A stretch of DNA of 64,000 nucleotides from Lytechinus pictus. Taxonomy: Eukaryota. Of this stretch, positions 53,411-64,000 are shown one piece after another (the first letter of the stretch is position 1; the number at the start of each line of letters is the position of its first letter). Location of the stretch: positions 49,291,358 through 49,355,357 of the forward strand of contig NC_087251.1 of the NCBI RefSeq assembly GCF_037042905.1, read 5' to 3'. The notes beneath the pieces are model-generated. The model searched no databases and was not told the DNA's origin. It saw only the letters and a program-made list of their open reading frames with translations. A program made the translations under genes and the position numbers.

Positions 53411-56400
53411 CGTGAATGTAGGATACAGGAGGAGTTAAACTAGGAGGAGAGAATCTGGAAGAAATTGAAATAGGTCAGCAATTTGATATGATCTGGGTTG
53501 ACATGGTCCCAGGACATGGCTAAACAGGATTGTACCTTGTCACAATGGTTTCTTCCATTGTTTCCCTTCGACCTATTAATCATGCCCACAGCACACAGCC
53601 AAAAACGAAAAGTCCCCCTTTTTATTTGTCGAGTAACGTTCTTGCAGCAAGGGATGGCTTTCAACAAAGGCTATTAATAATCTCACCCCCTGAGTAACGG
53701 ATATCATCAACAAATTGGAATTTTCTTTTTGTTTTGAAATGCTCCCAGTTAAATCATCTGTTGAAAGCTGAATTCCCAGGAAAAATATACTTTGGAACTT
53801 TCTTTAACAGTGGATTTTATGAACTCCTGACAGCTTTTTTAAAAAGCATGTTAGGTTAGTTATTTAACTGAAGCTTATTTTAATTATGAAATTATACATT
53901 CTTCAGGGTATTAAAATGGTATATGATCTAAGTACAGTATATATTTTATAAAGTGTAGCTCTCAAAATTTTAAATTTCCATTATCAGGCCTTTTCTTTAT
54001 TTTCTTTGTCCTTTATTGGGAACTTCTTAGAACTTTAGAACCAATTTTACTCCATTCCTGTATCTGCTGTTATTAAAATCATTATTGCTATCAAAATGAT
54101 CAATTTTTTTTTCTTCACTTTCAGAATTAAAAGTTTCACCTCCCCCCTCCTCTTTATCTTCCACTTTCACTTAACTCTTAATACAAGAATTCTGATAATC
54201 CTCTCAGAACCAAAGGGTCATAAAATCATGCGTGATGAGTTAATACCCTTTTACCATACACACACTGCATTTGCAATGAATGGGAGGAAAAGGTCAAACG
54301 AAGAAGAAAAAATGGGGGCTTTGAGATCATGTTTCATTGATCCGTCCACTGATTTGGATGCCCTTGGGGGCTAAAGTTCAACTTGCATATTTGAGATATA
54401 GATACAGAGGAAAGATGGGCGGGGTGAAAGAACCTCTAGATTGCCAAGGTCAGATAACAATCTAAAGGCAAGAAAGGAGATAGCAAAATAACAAGAGTAC
54501 CAGTGCACTTCTGTTGTTTTTGTTGCTGTTTACGTTGTTATTGTTGTTGCAATTTATATAATAGTGCCAGTGCCATTACACGGTTGTGTCCTGTGCACCA
54601 ATTGATGCAGAATTCTTATTTTGCAGTTATTGATTTAAATCCTTCAAAAAAGTTATAAAAACAGTAAAAAACAACATTGACAACAACAGAAGTAAACTGG
54701 TATTTGCTGTTGTTGTCATTGTTAATGTTACTTTGAGAAGTCAAATTGTTAATGTTTTACTTTGCAGAAATCTCATCTAGCTGTTATTGATTTAAATAAA
54801 AACAAAACATTGACAACAACAAGAAGTCCAATAGTACTTGTTGTTGTTGAGATTGGGAAGTTCAGGACAAGTATGAGGTCAAAAACCCTGATCACAACAC
54901 TTCTTACTGACCTAATCAACCTCTGTTATTGTGTTCTGGAGGAGTATAACAAGTAATTTCTGGTCATAGTGGTTAAAGCCAGGAAAGTGGATAATAGGGC
55001 TATGAAGGGGGTGAGTCACACCAGATTGTTCTTGTTGCAGGCATAGGAAAGCCATGGGATATCTGCTAGGCTGGACTGGATAAACTTTAGGAGGAGATGG
55101 GGTCCGCCCATGTCCCCTCCTCTTTCCCCTGTACCGTAAGATGAACCGTGGAGTAGAGACTGAATGACTGAGAGTGATGGAACTGTATTTGGGGGGGGGG
55201 GGGGAGGGGTGGGTACCAGAATTTATACCTTTTTCGTTAGGCAGGATAAGCTTGTTTCTATTTGATGGCAATTTTATCAATTTTTCAGCAACTTAACACA
55301 CAAACTTTAATAGGGTTGATTTTGATTATGATGCTGATGTGATAATAGTGGTGGCGGTGGTGATGATGATGCTTGATGATGATGAGGAGGAGGAGAAGGA
55401 TAATGATGATAGCCTTGTACCATTCTCAAATGGTGCTATCTACACCTGATGTAGAAGTATTATGCAATAGGAAATAGGAAGAACTGTCCATTGCTTGTAT
55501 TGACCTCTGCAGGAGATATCCTCAGTTGTGGCAGTTCAAGCATCCCTGCTCCCTGGCCTAGTATTAGCTGCTACTGGTGTGACAGCAGCCTCTGCAGGGG
55601 TGCTGGGTTTGGCTTTACGCAGCGTCACTGGGCCGTATCACCTGTATGGGTTGAGGGAGGGGGGCAAATCTCCGGGGACGAGGCGTTCAACGCGGTGATT
55701 CACGCTACCCTTCTCTGGCTGACATGCTTGCCTGTCATCTAATGCTGAGCTCCTAATTTCCTCTTCGTGATGAGTAACATAGTGAACATCAGCCAGCCAT
55801 TGACCTTGATTCGCTTGTAGAAAGACAAAATTCAACAAGAAAGATGGAAGGATTGCCTATCAGAAATAGAATATTCCTACTTGTAATTTGATATATTTAG
55901 ACGATATTGAATAACATTGCCCGGCAACAGGTAGAGAGGATAGTTGGTGTGCATGTTAAGTTAGTTAAGGTTAATGAAGATCGTATCAGACATATATCCT
56001 GCCAAAACCTATCATCTTTCTCTGATTTTCTCTGTCTAGTTTAGATTTTAGCTGAAAAGTGGCCTGTTGCCTCTTTTCCAGCTACTTTCCAGTGAAAAAC
56101 TCACAAAGCTAGAGCCTGGGAGTCAGACTAGCTGATTCATCTTGTATGAATTATGAACATGGTTAAGTTGAATAACCTGGAGACTGATTTTTTATGAAGC
56201 GATGATCATAGAAAAATATTCTTTCGACATCATAAAGTTGAAGAATACATCAAGTATACCTCTACCCATTGTCTGTAGACTCTTTATCCTTCTTGTTGAC
56301 GATATTTTACTGCCATTGCTCATGGATTTGTTACAGGACAGTGAACCCCTACACCTATTTGCAAGAGGCTTTGTTTTCAAGTGAGACACTCTTTGGTTTA

Positions 56401-56713
56401 TGTTTTACAATGTTTTGACAAAAAATCCAGGGAATAATGGTAATCGAGTTTTTTTGTGACTATATTGCCCATGTTTTACACCCTTGACTTCATTATTTAT
56501 GAATTTTTTTATCTTGAGGAAAGTATTTGACAGGCAGGAACAAAAACAAAAGGACAAGAATAAGCCTCGCTATGTAAACAAGAAGATTATCAAGAATACT
56601 TTGTAGTAAATTATTTCATATACACAAATTTCAATTTAAGTATATGAATATAAAATGATGACTCAAGTACATGACAGTTCATTTATTTTAATTACATCAA
56701 GAAAAACAAAATT

Positions 56714-57028
56714 TGTGGTATTCGCCTTGGTTTAGTTAAACCAAGGTTAACTTAGACATCGCTTTTATGGAGTGCCACTTGTCAACTTCTTCATCAATTG
56801 AAAATTATTTTACCTTGCTCCAAAAAATGTAAAAAAATTAATTGAGTTGTGAAATGGAAAAGGACAGGAATATACAAAAATATAATGGACTTCTATGAAT
56901 TGATTTGTAGATTATAATTGCAACAAATATAGGACAAATATTCTGAATTCCAGCATTCCACAGAAGAGTGGTTTAAAATTCTAGTTTAGACTAGGGTTAA
57001 ACCTAGGTTTAGTTATCAGAATACCACC
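56714..57028. mobile_element. MITE with subterminal palindromes
   Basis: gtggtattc / gaataccac termini; ttggtttagttaaaccaa and ctagggttaaacctag hairpins. Confidence 0.5.
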
Positions 57029-57131
57029 AAAAGACTTTTGGTTTGTTCAATGAGGATTTTTTAAGGATAATTTTAGAATCTATATATATTTGTTAAGCTG
57101 TAGAAATATTAAGATAACTAACAATGTCCTG

Positions 57132-57287
57132 GGCTCCGTAACACGAAGGTGTGCAATTAATCGCTGAAAACCAATGACCAATCAAGATAATCGTTGCATG
57201 CGCGCACTTTTGAAATACCAACCGGGAACCAATCAGTGCTGTTCTTTCATATTTGCAATTCATCGCGAACCTTTGTGTTTCGGAACC
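57132..57287. mobile_element. Harbinger-like MITE with CTG target duplication
   Basis: ctg|ggctccgtaacacgaaggt ... acctttgtgtttcggaacc|ctg. Confidence 0.7.
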
Positions 57288-59204
57288 CTGATCTTTTCTT
57301 ATACAAAAGCTTTAGTCATTTTAAGTCGGCAATGATATCATGATCTCAATTGTGTACTATTGTTTAAAGCAATTTGCCAAATAAAAAGTAAAGAAGCAGG
57401 AATCGCAAATGATTTCTTTTGATGTGCTGTCACGACTTGGGCAAATCCATCTTTCAATGTTTTTATATTGATGTCTCATCAAAAGTGACCCTTTTTATCC
57501 CTCCCCGAGAATGAAGTACCCATTAGACTGTCTTGAAAAAGCCAAAGTTAGATTCATCTTCATTTTGATATCGGGCATTGAATGCCCATTTCACATTCTG
57601 CTCTTAAACTGATTCTCATATATATTTTACTCTCAAACCGATTTTATTTCAATTTGCATTTTTATTTTCTAGTGTGAATTTGATAGCATGTTTTTGTTCG
57701 TTTTAAGTTATCAATTTTTAATCATCGTCCCTTTCGTAGTCATTATCAGTGTTGTTGTTATTATTAATGTGCTAAACATGTCAGTCACAAGAAAAGGGAG
57801 TTTGGAATTTTTCAATATCCATCAGATTGCATGGCAATTGGTTTATAACACATTTCTATGGAAATTAATCTCTAAAAGTAAAAAAATGAATTCACTTTCC
57901 ACATAAGATCAGAGAGAGAGAGAGAAAAAGGTAGGAGAGAAATAACCCCCCCCCCCACCATGCCTTCTTCTACCAGTGTTACATTCATGCGCTGAAAATG
58001 ATAATAATGAAGTCCCTTGAATATTCGTCTGTCAGAGTTGGGATATTTCATATGGCAATATATCATAGAGGGATAAAGTCTTCCTTGGGAACACTCTTGA
58101 TTTGTTTTTGACTGTCTCCAAAGATTTGCAGAGGTCAGACGAAGGTCCCCGCTAATGCGCAGTAAACACGCAGGTCACTTTTCTCCTTCAAAAGAAAGAA
58201 GGAATTCCTGAATTCGATACCGAAGAGGTTGTTTTCTTCTATGCCCATTCTTCAAGGCATTGTGCGGAAAAAATTCCTGGTCTTTTTTTGAAAGAGAAAT
58301 CCTTTCCTTCTGTACTAATATTTGACTTCTCTGCATTTTTAATAGGCCCTTTTAAAGCGGGTTGTATTTGATTTCAGTTCCATCCTTGTTATTCTATTTT
58401 CTGCAACCATAACCCAGATTTGGGGGGATTCTGATGATAAGTTCAATTACTGGTATGCGGTTGTTAACCCAAGTAACATTCTTGTATTTCATGAGATTAT
58501 GTGCTGTGATTGTGAAATCATAGATGTGTTTGCCTCAATTTCATATCTCTATGGTTCCGTACATGCCAAAAACCGGTGTCAGTTTGTTCCTTCAAAATAT
58601 ATCTCTTTATAAATATATCTTTAGGTGATGAAAATGTTGCATTTGTTGTAATGGATATTAAAGTACTAGTAGTATTTATTAATCCATAATTTATGGGAGT
58701 CTCTGGTGGTTCATAGGATATTAAGAATAGGGAAAATGTAATTATATCTTCGATGGACTGAAAAGGTAGAAAGGTTTAAAGTTTTAGATACTGTTACAGG
58801 CTTTTAATCATGCATTCAAAGAAAACAATAAGTACCATGTAGTCATAATTATAACTATACAATTAGATTTTATGATATAGTTCGTTTGAAGAAGTAGGAT
58901 AGCTTTGAATTGAAATGGCAGTTTAAAAAATAAAATTATTCGGATACATCATCGTTTTTTTAATTGACATGCTAATATTGCTAAAATAGCAGTGATGCAA
59001 TTCAAATGAAGCTGAGTTGAATAAGAGCAAGATAAATAGGTTACTACTGTCAAATAAGAAATGAATTAATTGACATTTCCAAAAACCCTTGTATGAATAT
59101 ATTCCGTCCATTTTCAATAGGTTAGGACACCTTAAGTTATTCTGAGTTTAATTCAGTTTTATAAAGTAAATTTGCTCTTGGTTTACACCCAAATTGTGTA
59201 TTTT

Positions 59205-59725
59205 CCGTTTGGTATCACCTTACATGGTAGTCTTGGTTCGTCTACAACCAGTTCGTCGGCTAATCATTTGGTCTAATTGCCATTTAGCCCATTTAACATT
59301 TTGTCTAATTTTCAATTTGTCTATGTCCATTTCATCTTATATCTACTTGGTCCTACACCACTCAGTCAATACAAATTGATGAACTTTTTTTGAACCAAAT
59401 TTATTCAATTCATTTCAATTTGGCTATACTTATTTCATCTAAATATACTAATTTTTATGTGACAAAGTGCAAAATGATTATTAGACAAAGGGGAAATGAG
59501 ACTATCTGGGTATTAGACGAAGTGACAGTAAGACAGAGTGAGTATTAGACAGAGATGGTTTAGATAACTGTCAAATAGACAAAATTGATTGTACACCAAG
59601 TGGGTTTAGCCATGATGGTGTTAGATGGTGTGAGAATTAGACCAAATGCTACAAGACCAAGTGGGTTTAGCCATGATGGTGTTAGATGGTATGAGAATTA
59701 GACCAAATGCTACAAGACCAAGTGA
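59205..59725. mobile_element. Degenerate foldback element of short subrepeats with a recent 61-bp duplication
   Basis: Left arm has ttggtcta/ttgtcta units, right arm tagacaaa/agaccaag units; accaagtgggtttagcc...gctacaag repeats at 59595 and 59656. Confidence 0.55.
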
Positions 59726-60629
59726 ATGCCAATGGTTATGTATTTTAAAATCACATCCCAAATAATCTGAATTTAGCCCCTCTTTCCTTTTATTTTATTA
59801 AGAATGAGAAAAGGTTGTAGTCGGCCACAAATTGCTTCCAACATCTTATTTTCTTAGCTCTTCACGGGCAATGGACATGGAGGGAAGATGGGGAAATCAT
59901 TGTTTGTTGAGAGCAAGCTTAAATTGCTTGTTTTGTGTTTAATGAAAGTCGTCCTCTTCACTATGTAGATCTAAGATTTTCTTCATCTGCCCCTGTTGGG
60001 GGAGTCGTGTGTAATTAGATGGAATGAAAGTTTGTCTTTTCAGACAATGCAATTGACTCTTATATTGGTGTGATTTCTTTAGAGTTTTTTTCCCTATTTG
60101 ATAATGATTGAGTGAATTTTCAGTGGTGATTACTGATTGGTCCCTATTATTCAAAACATTACGAAGTGTAAGATTTTCCAGAAGGACATTTGATATTTTA
60201 ATTTATGATATTATTATTATATTTATTTGTTTTGTCAAAACTGAAATTGTTGAAATGAAACAGCATATACTGTCTACTGTTAACTGTGACCTCTTGAATC
60301 TCTTCTATTACTCTGTAATGTAAAAAGATTTGATCTACTTTATGATTATTTTAACCACTTTTGATAAAATGTGGTTAAATGACAGAGATTATGTAGAAAG
60401 AATATTTAAATCATGTCCGGAGTATAGAATAAATTCATAAACTTGTAAATGTAATACAACATGAATTCAACTTTGCAAACGTCATGCAGATCTCATGCAG
60501 TGTGAAAGGCATTTTGCTTTTCAAGCTGAACTTGCTTTGATTTACGCTTCTGGTGTAAAATAGCCATCTCTGTTTGATTATTCATTTTAACCTAAATTTG
60601 TATTAATTCATTGTTTTCTTTTATGATAG

Positions 60630-60778
60630 ATGGAGGATTAGAGAATAGTCTTGGCTCAGGAGATGGAACAGGAGAAGAAGATGATGATGACAGACTAGCC
60701 AAAAGACAAAAGAAAAGAGGTATCTTTCCCAAATCAGCTACCAACATCATGAGGGCGTGGCTATTCCAGCATCTCACG
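60630..60778 (+). CDS. Meis: Meis/homothorax coding exon with acidic patch and TALE homeodomain N-terminal arm/helix 1 (equivalent to MEIS exon 8)
   Basis: Acceptor ttgttttcttttatgatag| and donor acg|gtgagt. 149 nt. Translates (D)[49 protein letters not shown], nearly identical to MEIS1/2 [23 protein letters not shown], with the conserved intron just before HPYP. Confidence 0.97.
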
Positions 60779-63700
60779 GTGAGTAGTATATATCCCTCTT
60801 CAGCTATAAGTGCAGCTCAAAGAGGGGTAAATTTCTTGCTGATGAAAATGGGTATAGCAGAGCTGCCAGTAGTTGCAAACACTGTGTTGTTATGAAAATG
60901 TGACAATTACGAAAATGCAATAGGGCTTCCAACAAAGTCTGCTACCTTCATGTTGGGATTGGTTTTTATCTCATAAAGCAACTAAGCATTCCCCTAATGT
61001 GTTTAATTGTTGCTATGTCAGGCAAATCATTCCCAACATACTTATTATATTGCCACATTACCTCCTATCAGAGAATCAAATGAGTATAGTTTATCTCATA
61101 GGATATGTTATTCCTGCTAAATCAGGCAAAGACTTGTGCATTGCATACTGACTTTTAGAGAATTATTTAGAATTGTAGAGTTCATTTTATTTTTGCTTTG
61201 AAAGTTTTGCATATTCATGTTAGATATAATTATGATCTACATTGAAAATACATTTTTGAAGTATGTTGTAGTCGGCTTTTCTCTCTATTACAACTGATTA
61301 GAAATGTAACAATCTACTTTTGTATACTATTCTCTCATTTTCAAAATTTTCAAAGAATTTGAAGCGGTACTTGTGATCCCTTTCTCAAAATGCTTTGACC
61401 CAGTTCTGTCTGTAGAGGGGTATGAAAATTAAAAAACTGACATTGTCCTTGCCACGTACAGATCGTGGTTATAATACATGTAGTTTGAAAGGACAGCAGT
61501 CTTTATGGTGTACATAAATTCCCTTTAAAAGAGTATGTGTATGATGACAAGGTGAATTGCAGTAGCGGGTTCAGTTTACCAGGCTGTGGTAACCATGCAA
61601 CACATTAGCATTAGGAGCTTTGATGAATTGAAAAGGAATAGTTAACTAAAGGCTGTTCATTCTTCATTTGTCTGCTTTTGTTGTTGTCATACTCTCCCCC
61701 CTTTCTCCTCTCCCGTGCCCTAGACAGCTAGCTATAGCCAGGCTTTCTCTCTTTGAGTTCGGTTGCTATCCTCTGGATTCGCAACCCATAAATCATCCCG
61801 TCTGTAATAATTGAAATGCTGGGTCGGTTGGCAGGTAGGGTAAACATAGTGAAATGGTACGTCCAATAGGATCAGACTCGTAGGCACCAGCCATGGTAGG
61901 CCCTGTATTAAAAGCACACACTCATTTTGTTTTCATGGGATCCACTCCATACTTCCCCCCTCCCTCCCCTTTTTCCTCCGTCTTTCCTCCGTCTTTCCTC
62001 CCGTCCCTCCCCTTCCCATCGATGAGTCGTGAATAAAGCATCTTGGAAAGCATCCCACCGTGACTTTGCGCGCCGAGCGGCTTCCCAGATCCACGGCGTC
62101 GTCCCCCCGTGCGAATGCATCCCTGATCGAAATTAATGCGCATACGATTTCGTCCTGTCGTGGGCTTGCCCGTGAGTCTATTAACAGGCAGACAGAGCAT
62201 ATTGTACAGTATGATTGTTTTTTAGCTGGAAGGTGTAGAATTTTGACATATCCATGACAAGGTCCTGACAAGGGGATTTTTTTTTAGATGATCCAGGGGT
62301 TGGTCGGTCAAAAAGAAGTTACCATGTTTTCAAATAATCATAACTCTGACCAAAACAAGTCTGCATTCTCTAAGATATTCATGAATTTTGTTAGAATAGA
62401 ATGGTTATATTAAATCTTTTTTTCTTTTTTTGAGTGTATCAATAATCAAATGCAGATGATCGCATTATAGGGTATCTCCAATTTATCTCTTCTTGTCCCT
62501 TTCTATATGCATTTCTCACCACATTCTTACCCATTCTAAGAACATTTCAAGTGAGTAACACACGAGAAAAGCCTAAATGATTCTCTTTTCTTTGTCAAAT
62601 AGTAAGAAATCACTCTTAACTCTTCTCTTAATTTGAAGAAATATTATTAACAATTCATATTAAACAAAGGTACAAAATTGAAAAATATGCTTGCGATTTT
62701 CCAAGGGACGTTCAATTCGTAACGCCTAAAAAATGTTCTAATATGAAGGAAATGCCCAGAAGATATCTTAATTCCCATGCATCCAGAGGTCACTCACATT
62801 TATTTTTGTTGGATTGTAACCAAAAAATACTTTCCCTTTCTGATCATTTTGCTGTAAAGTTTTGTGTATATGCTTTCTCTTCCCTGCTCTTTCTTCATCT
62901 TTGTCTAGCTTTCACTCTGTCTTTCCTCTTTACTAATTGAAAATTTCTTTCAATGACAATAGAATATTGCTCAATTCATTAATTTTAGTTGAAAATATGT
63001 TGATTTTATTCCTATTTTCTTTGTATTCTTTATTTGTATCGTTTCATGTACATGACCCTTTTCCCTCTGTTTCAAGGCTCTTTTTCTTGTTGTGTCTTCA
63101 TGCTGTCTTTCAGTGCATTTTTCACCCGTCTCCTTGCCCCCCCTCTCTCTCTCTCACTTTATTGCTTCCTTCAATTCCCTCTCTCTTCTTACTCCATGTC
63201 CCCTCTCCCCTATCTCTTTCTCTCACCCCCAGCTCTCTCTTCCTCCCTAACTCTGTTTTATTTATTTTTCTTCCTATCATATATTTGATATCAGGGCATG
63301 TATGTCTGATAGCACACCTCATTTCATGTTTGACCTTCTTTTTTTACTCCTCTAATTCTTCTGTTTCCTGTCGTCCTCCTATCATGCCTCTCTAGGAAAC
63401 CTCTTTTTACGTAGTCCTCTGTAAATTTCTGCTTAAGAAACGGAGTGCGACCACCGCAAGACCTCCGCAAAACTATCAAAAGTTGAAATATAGTTCATCT
63501 ACTAATAAAAAATGTGGTTATTATTTTTATCACATCATATCTGAAATTATTTTCATATTTTAATTCAAACCCCCCCCCCCTTTTGATAATCTTATACAGG
63601 TACTTTCCTTTTGAAAGGTTTGAAGAAAAAAATAACCTGTAATTGCTCCAAATCTATTTCCTTTGTCACTTGCGTCAAGATGATAATCATTGGTGCTTTA

Positions 63701-64000
63701 TGTTTCCAGCCTAATTGTGCTGTATTTTTATGGAGTCCCCGTAGAGAATGAATATTCTAAAAACAAATGGAGAAATAGCCCTATGTAAATATCCTCAGGC
63801 GAATGGCTTCGAGATGGTTATCCTAACTTATTTCATTTCCTGTTCCATTTTACGTTACTCTGTGGGTTCCACACAGAGGATGCTTGCTACTGTAAATGTC
63901 GTAGCTGGATATTTATTCATATTTATGATTTTTTCTTCATTGTTACTTTGAGTTCATACACACACCTTTTGAAAATTACATTTCTTATGACGTTTCTTTG
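60779..64000 (+). other. Meis: 5' part of the intron interrupting the homeodomain
   Basis: Begins GTGAGT; the next expected exon (HPYPSEEQK...) was not seen in the window. Confidence 0.85.

Larger units (their letters stand above)
28680..60629 (+). other. Meis: Meis intron, 31,950 nt, phase 1, GT-AG
   Basis: GTAAGG...GATAG boundaries; the flanking exons reconstitute codon G|AT (Asp) and a continuous frame. Confidence 0.85.

Noticed and set aside
56192..56389. Overlapping short ORFs on both strands
   Set aside because: About 60 aa, no recognisable similarity; expected by chance.
60630..60778. Assignment to PKNOX/Prep, TGIF or Pbx
   Set aside because: [22 protein letters not shown] and the upstream DG.L.NS motif match Meis/hth; Prep has RGVLPK.AT..MRSWLFQH.
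60611..60895. 94-aa ORF as a standalone gene
   Set aside because: It is the Meis exon plus intronic read-through; homology ends exactly at the GTGAGT donor.
63580..63606. tacag|gtactt and similar weak AG|GT sites (e.g. 58624)
   Set aside because: Regenerated donor or pyrimidine tract too weak.

Overview
AT-rich animal genomic DNA, probably echinoderm (sea-urchin-like repeat landscape; an inference, not proven), lying entirely inside one large + strand Meis/homothorax TALE-homeobox gene. Only two coding exons are supportable: 28496-28679 (Gly/Pro/Ser linker ending GDNGSET) and 60630-60778 (DGGLENSLG...[26 protein letters not shown], start of the homeodomain). They join in frame across a 31,950-nt intron and correspond to vertebrate MEIS exons 7 and 8. 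The rest is intron, holding many non-autonomous DNA transposons with visible TIRs/TSDs, tRNA-derived SINEs, LINE remnants, minisatellites and motif-rich candidate enhancer islands. The most interesting unexplained signals concern RNA processing: three sense-strand polypyrimidine-YAG|GT(A) junctions (8484/5, 23239/40, 45687/8) resembling recursive-splicing ratchet points that would cut the introns into mostly 15-17 kb pieces, and a 78-nt cassette-like exon (44319-44396) that would give a homeodomain-less Meis. Several Pbx-Hox/Meis motifs suggest auto- or cross-regulation. These are hypotheses from motif reading and need RNA-seq and conservation tests. Nearly all ORFs in the supplied track are spurious.
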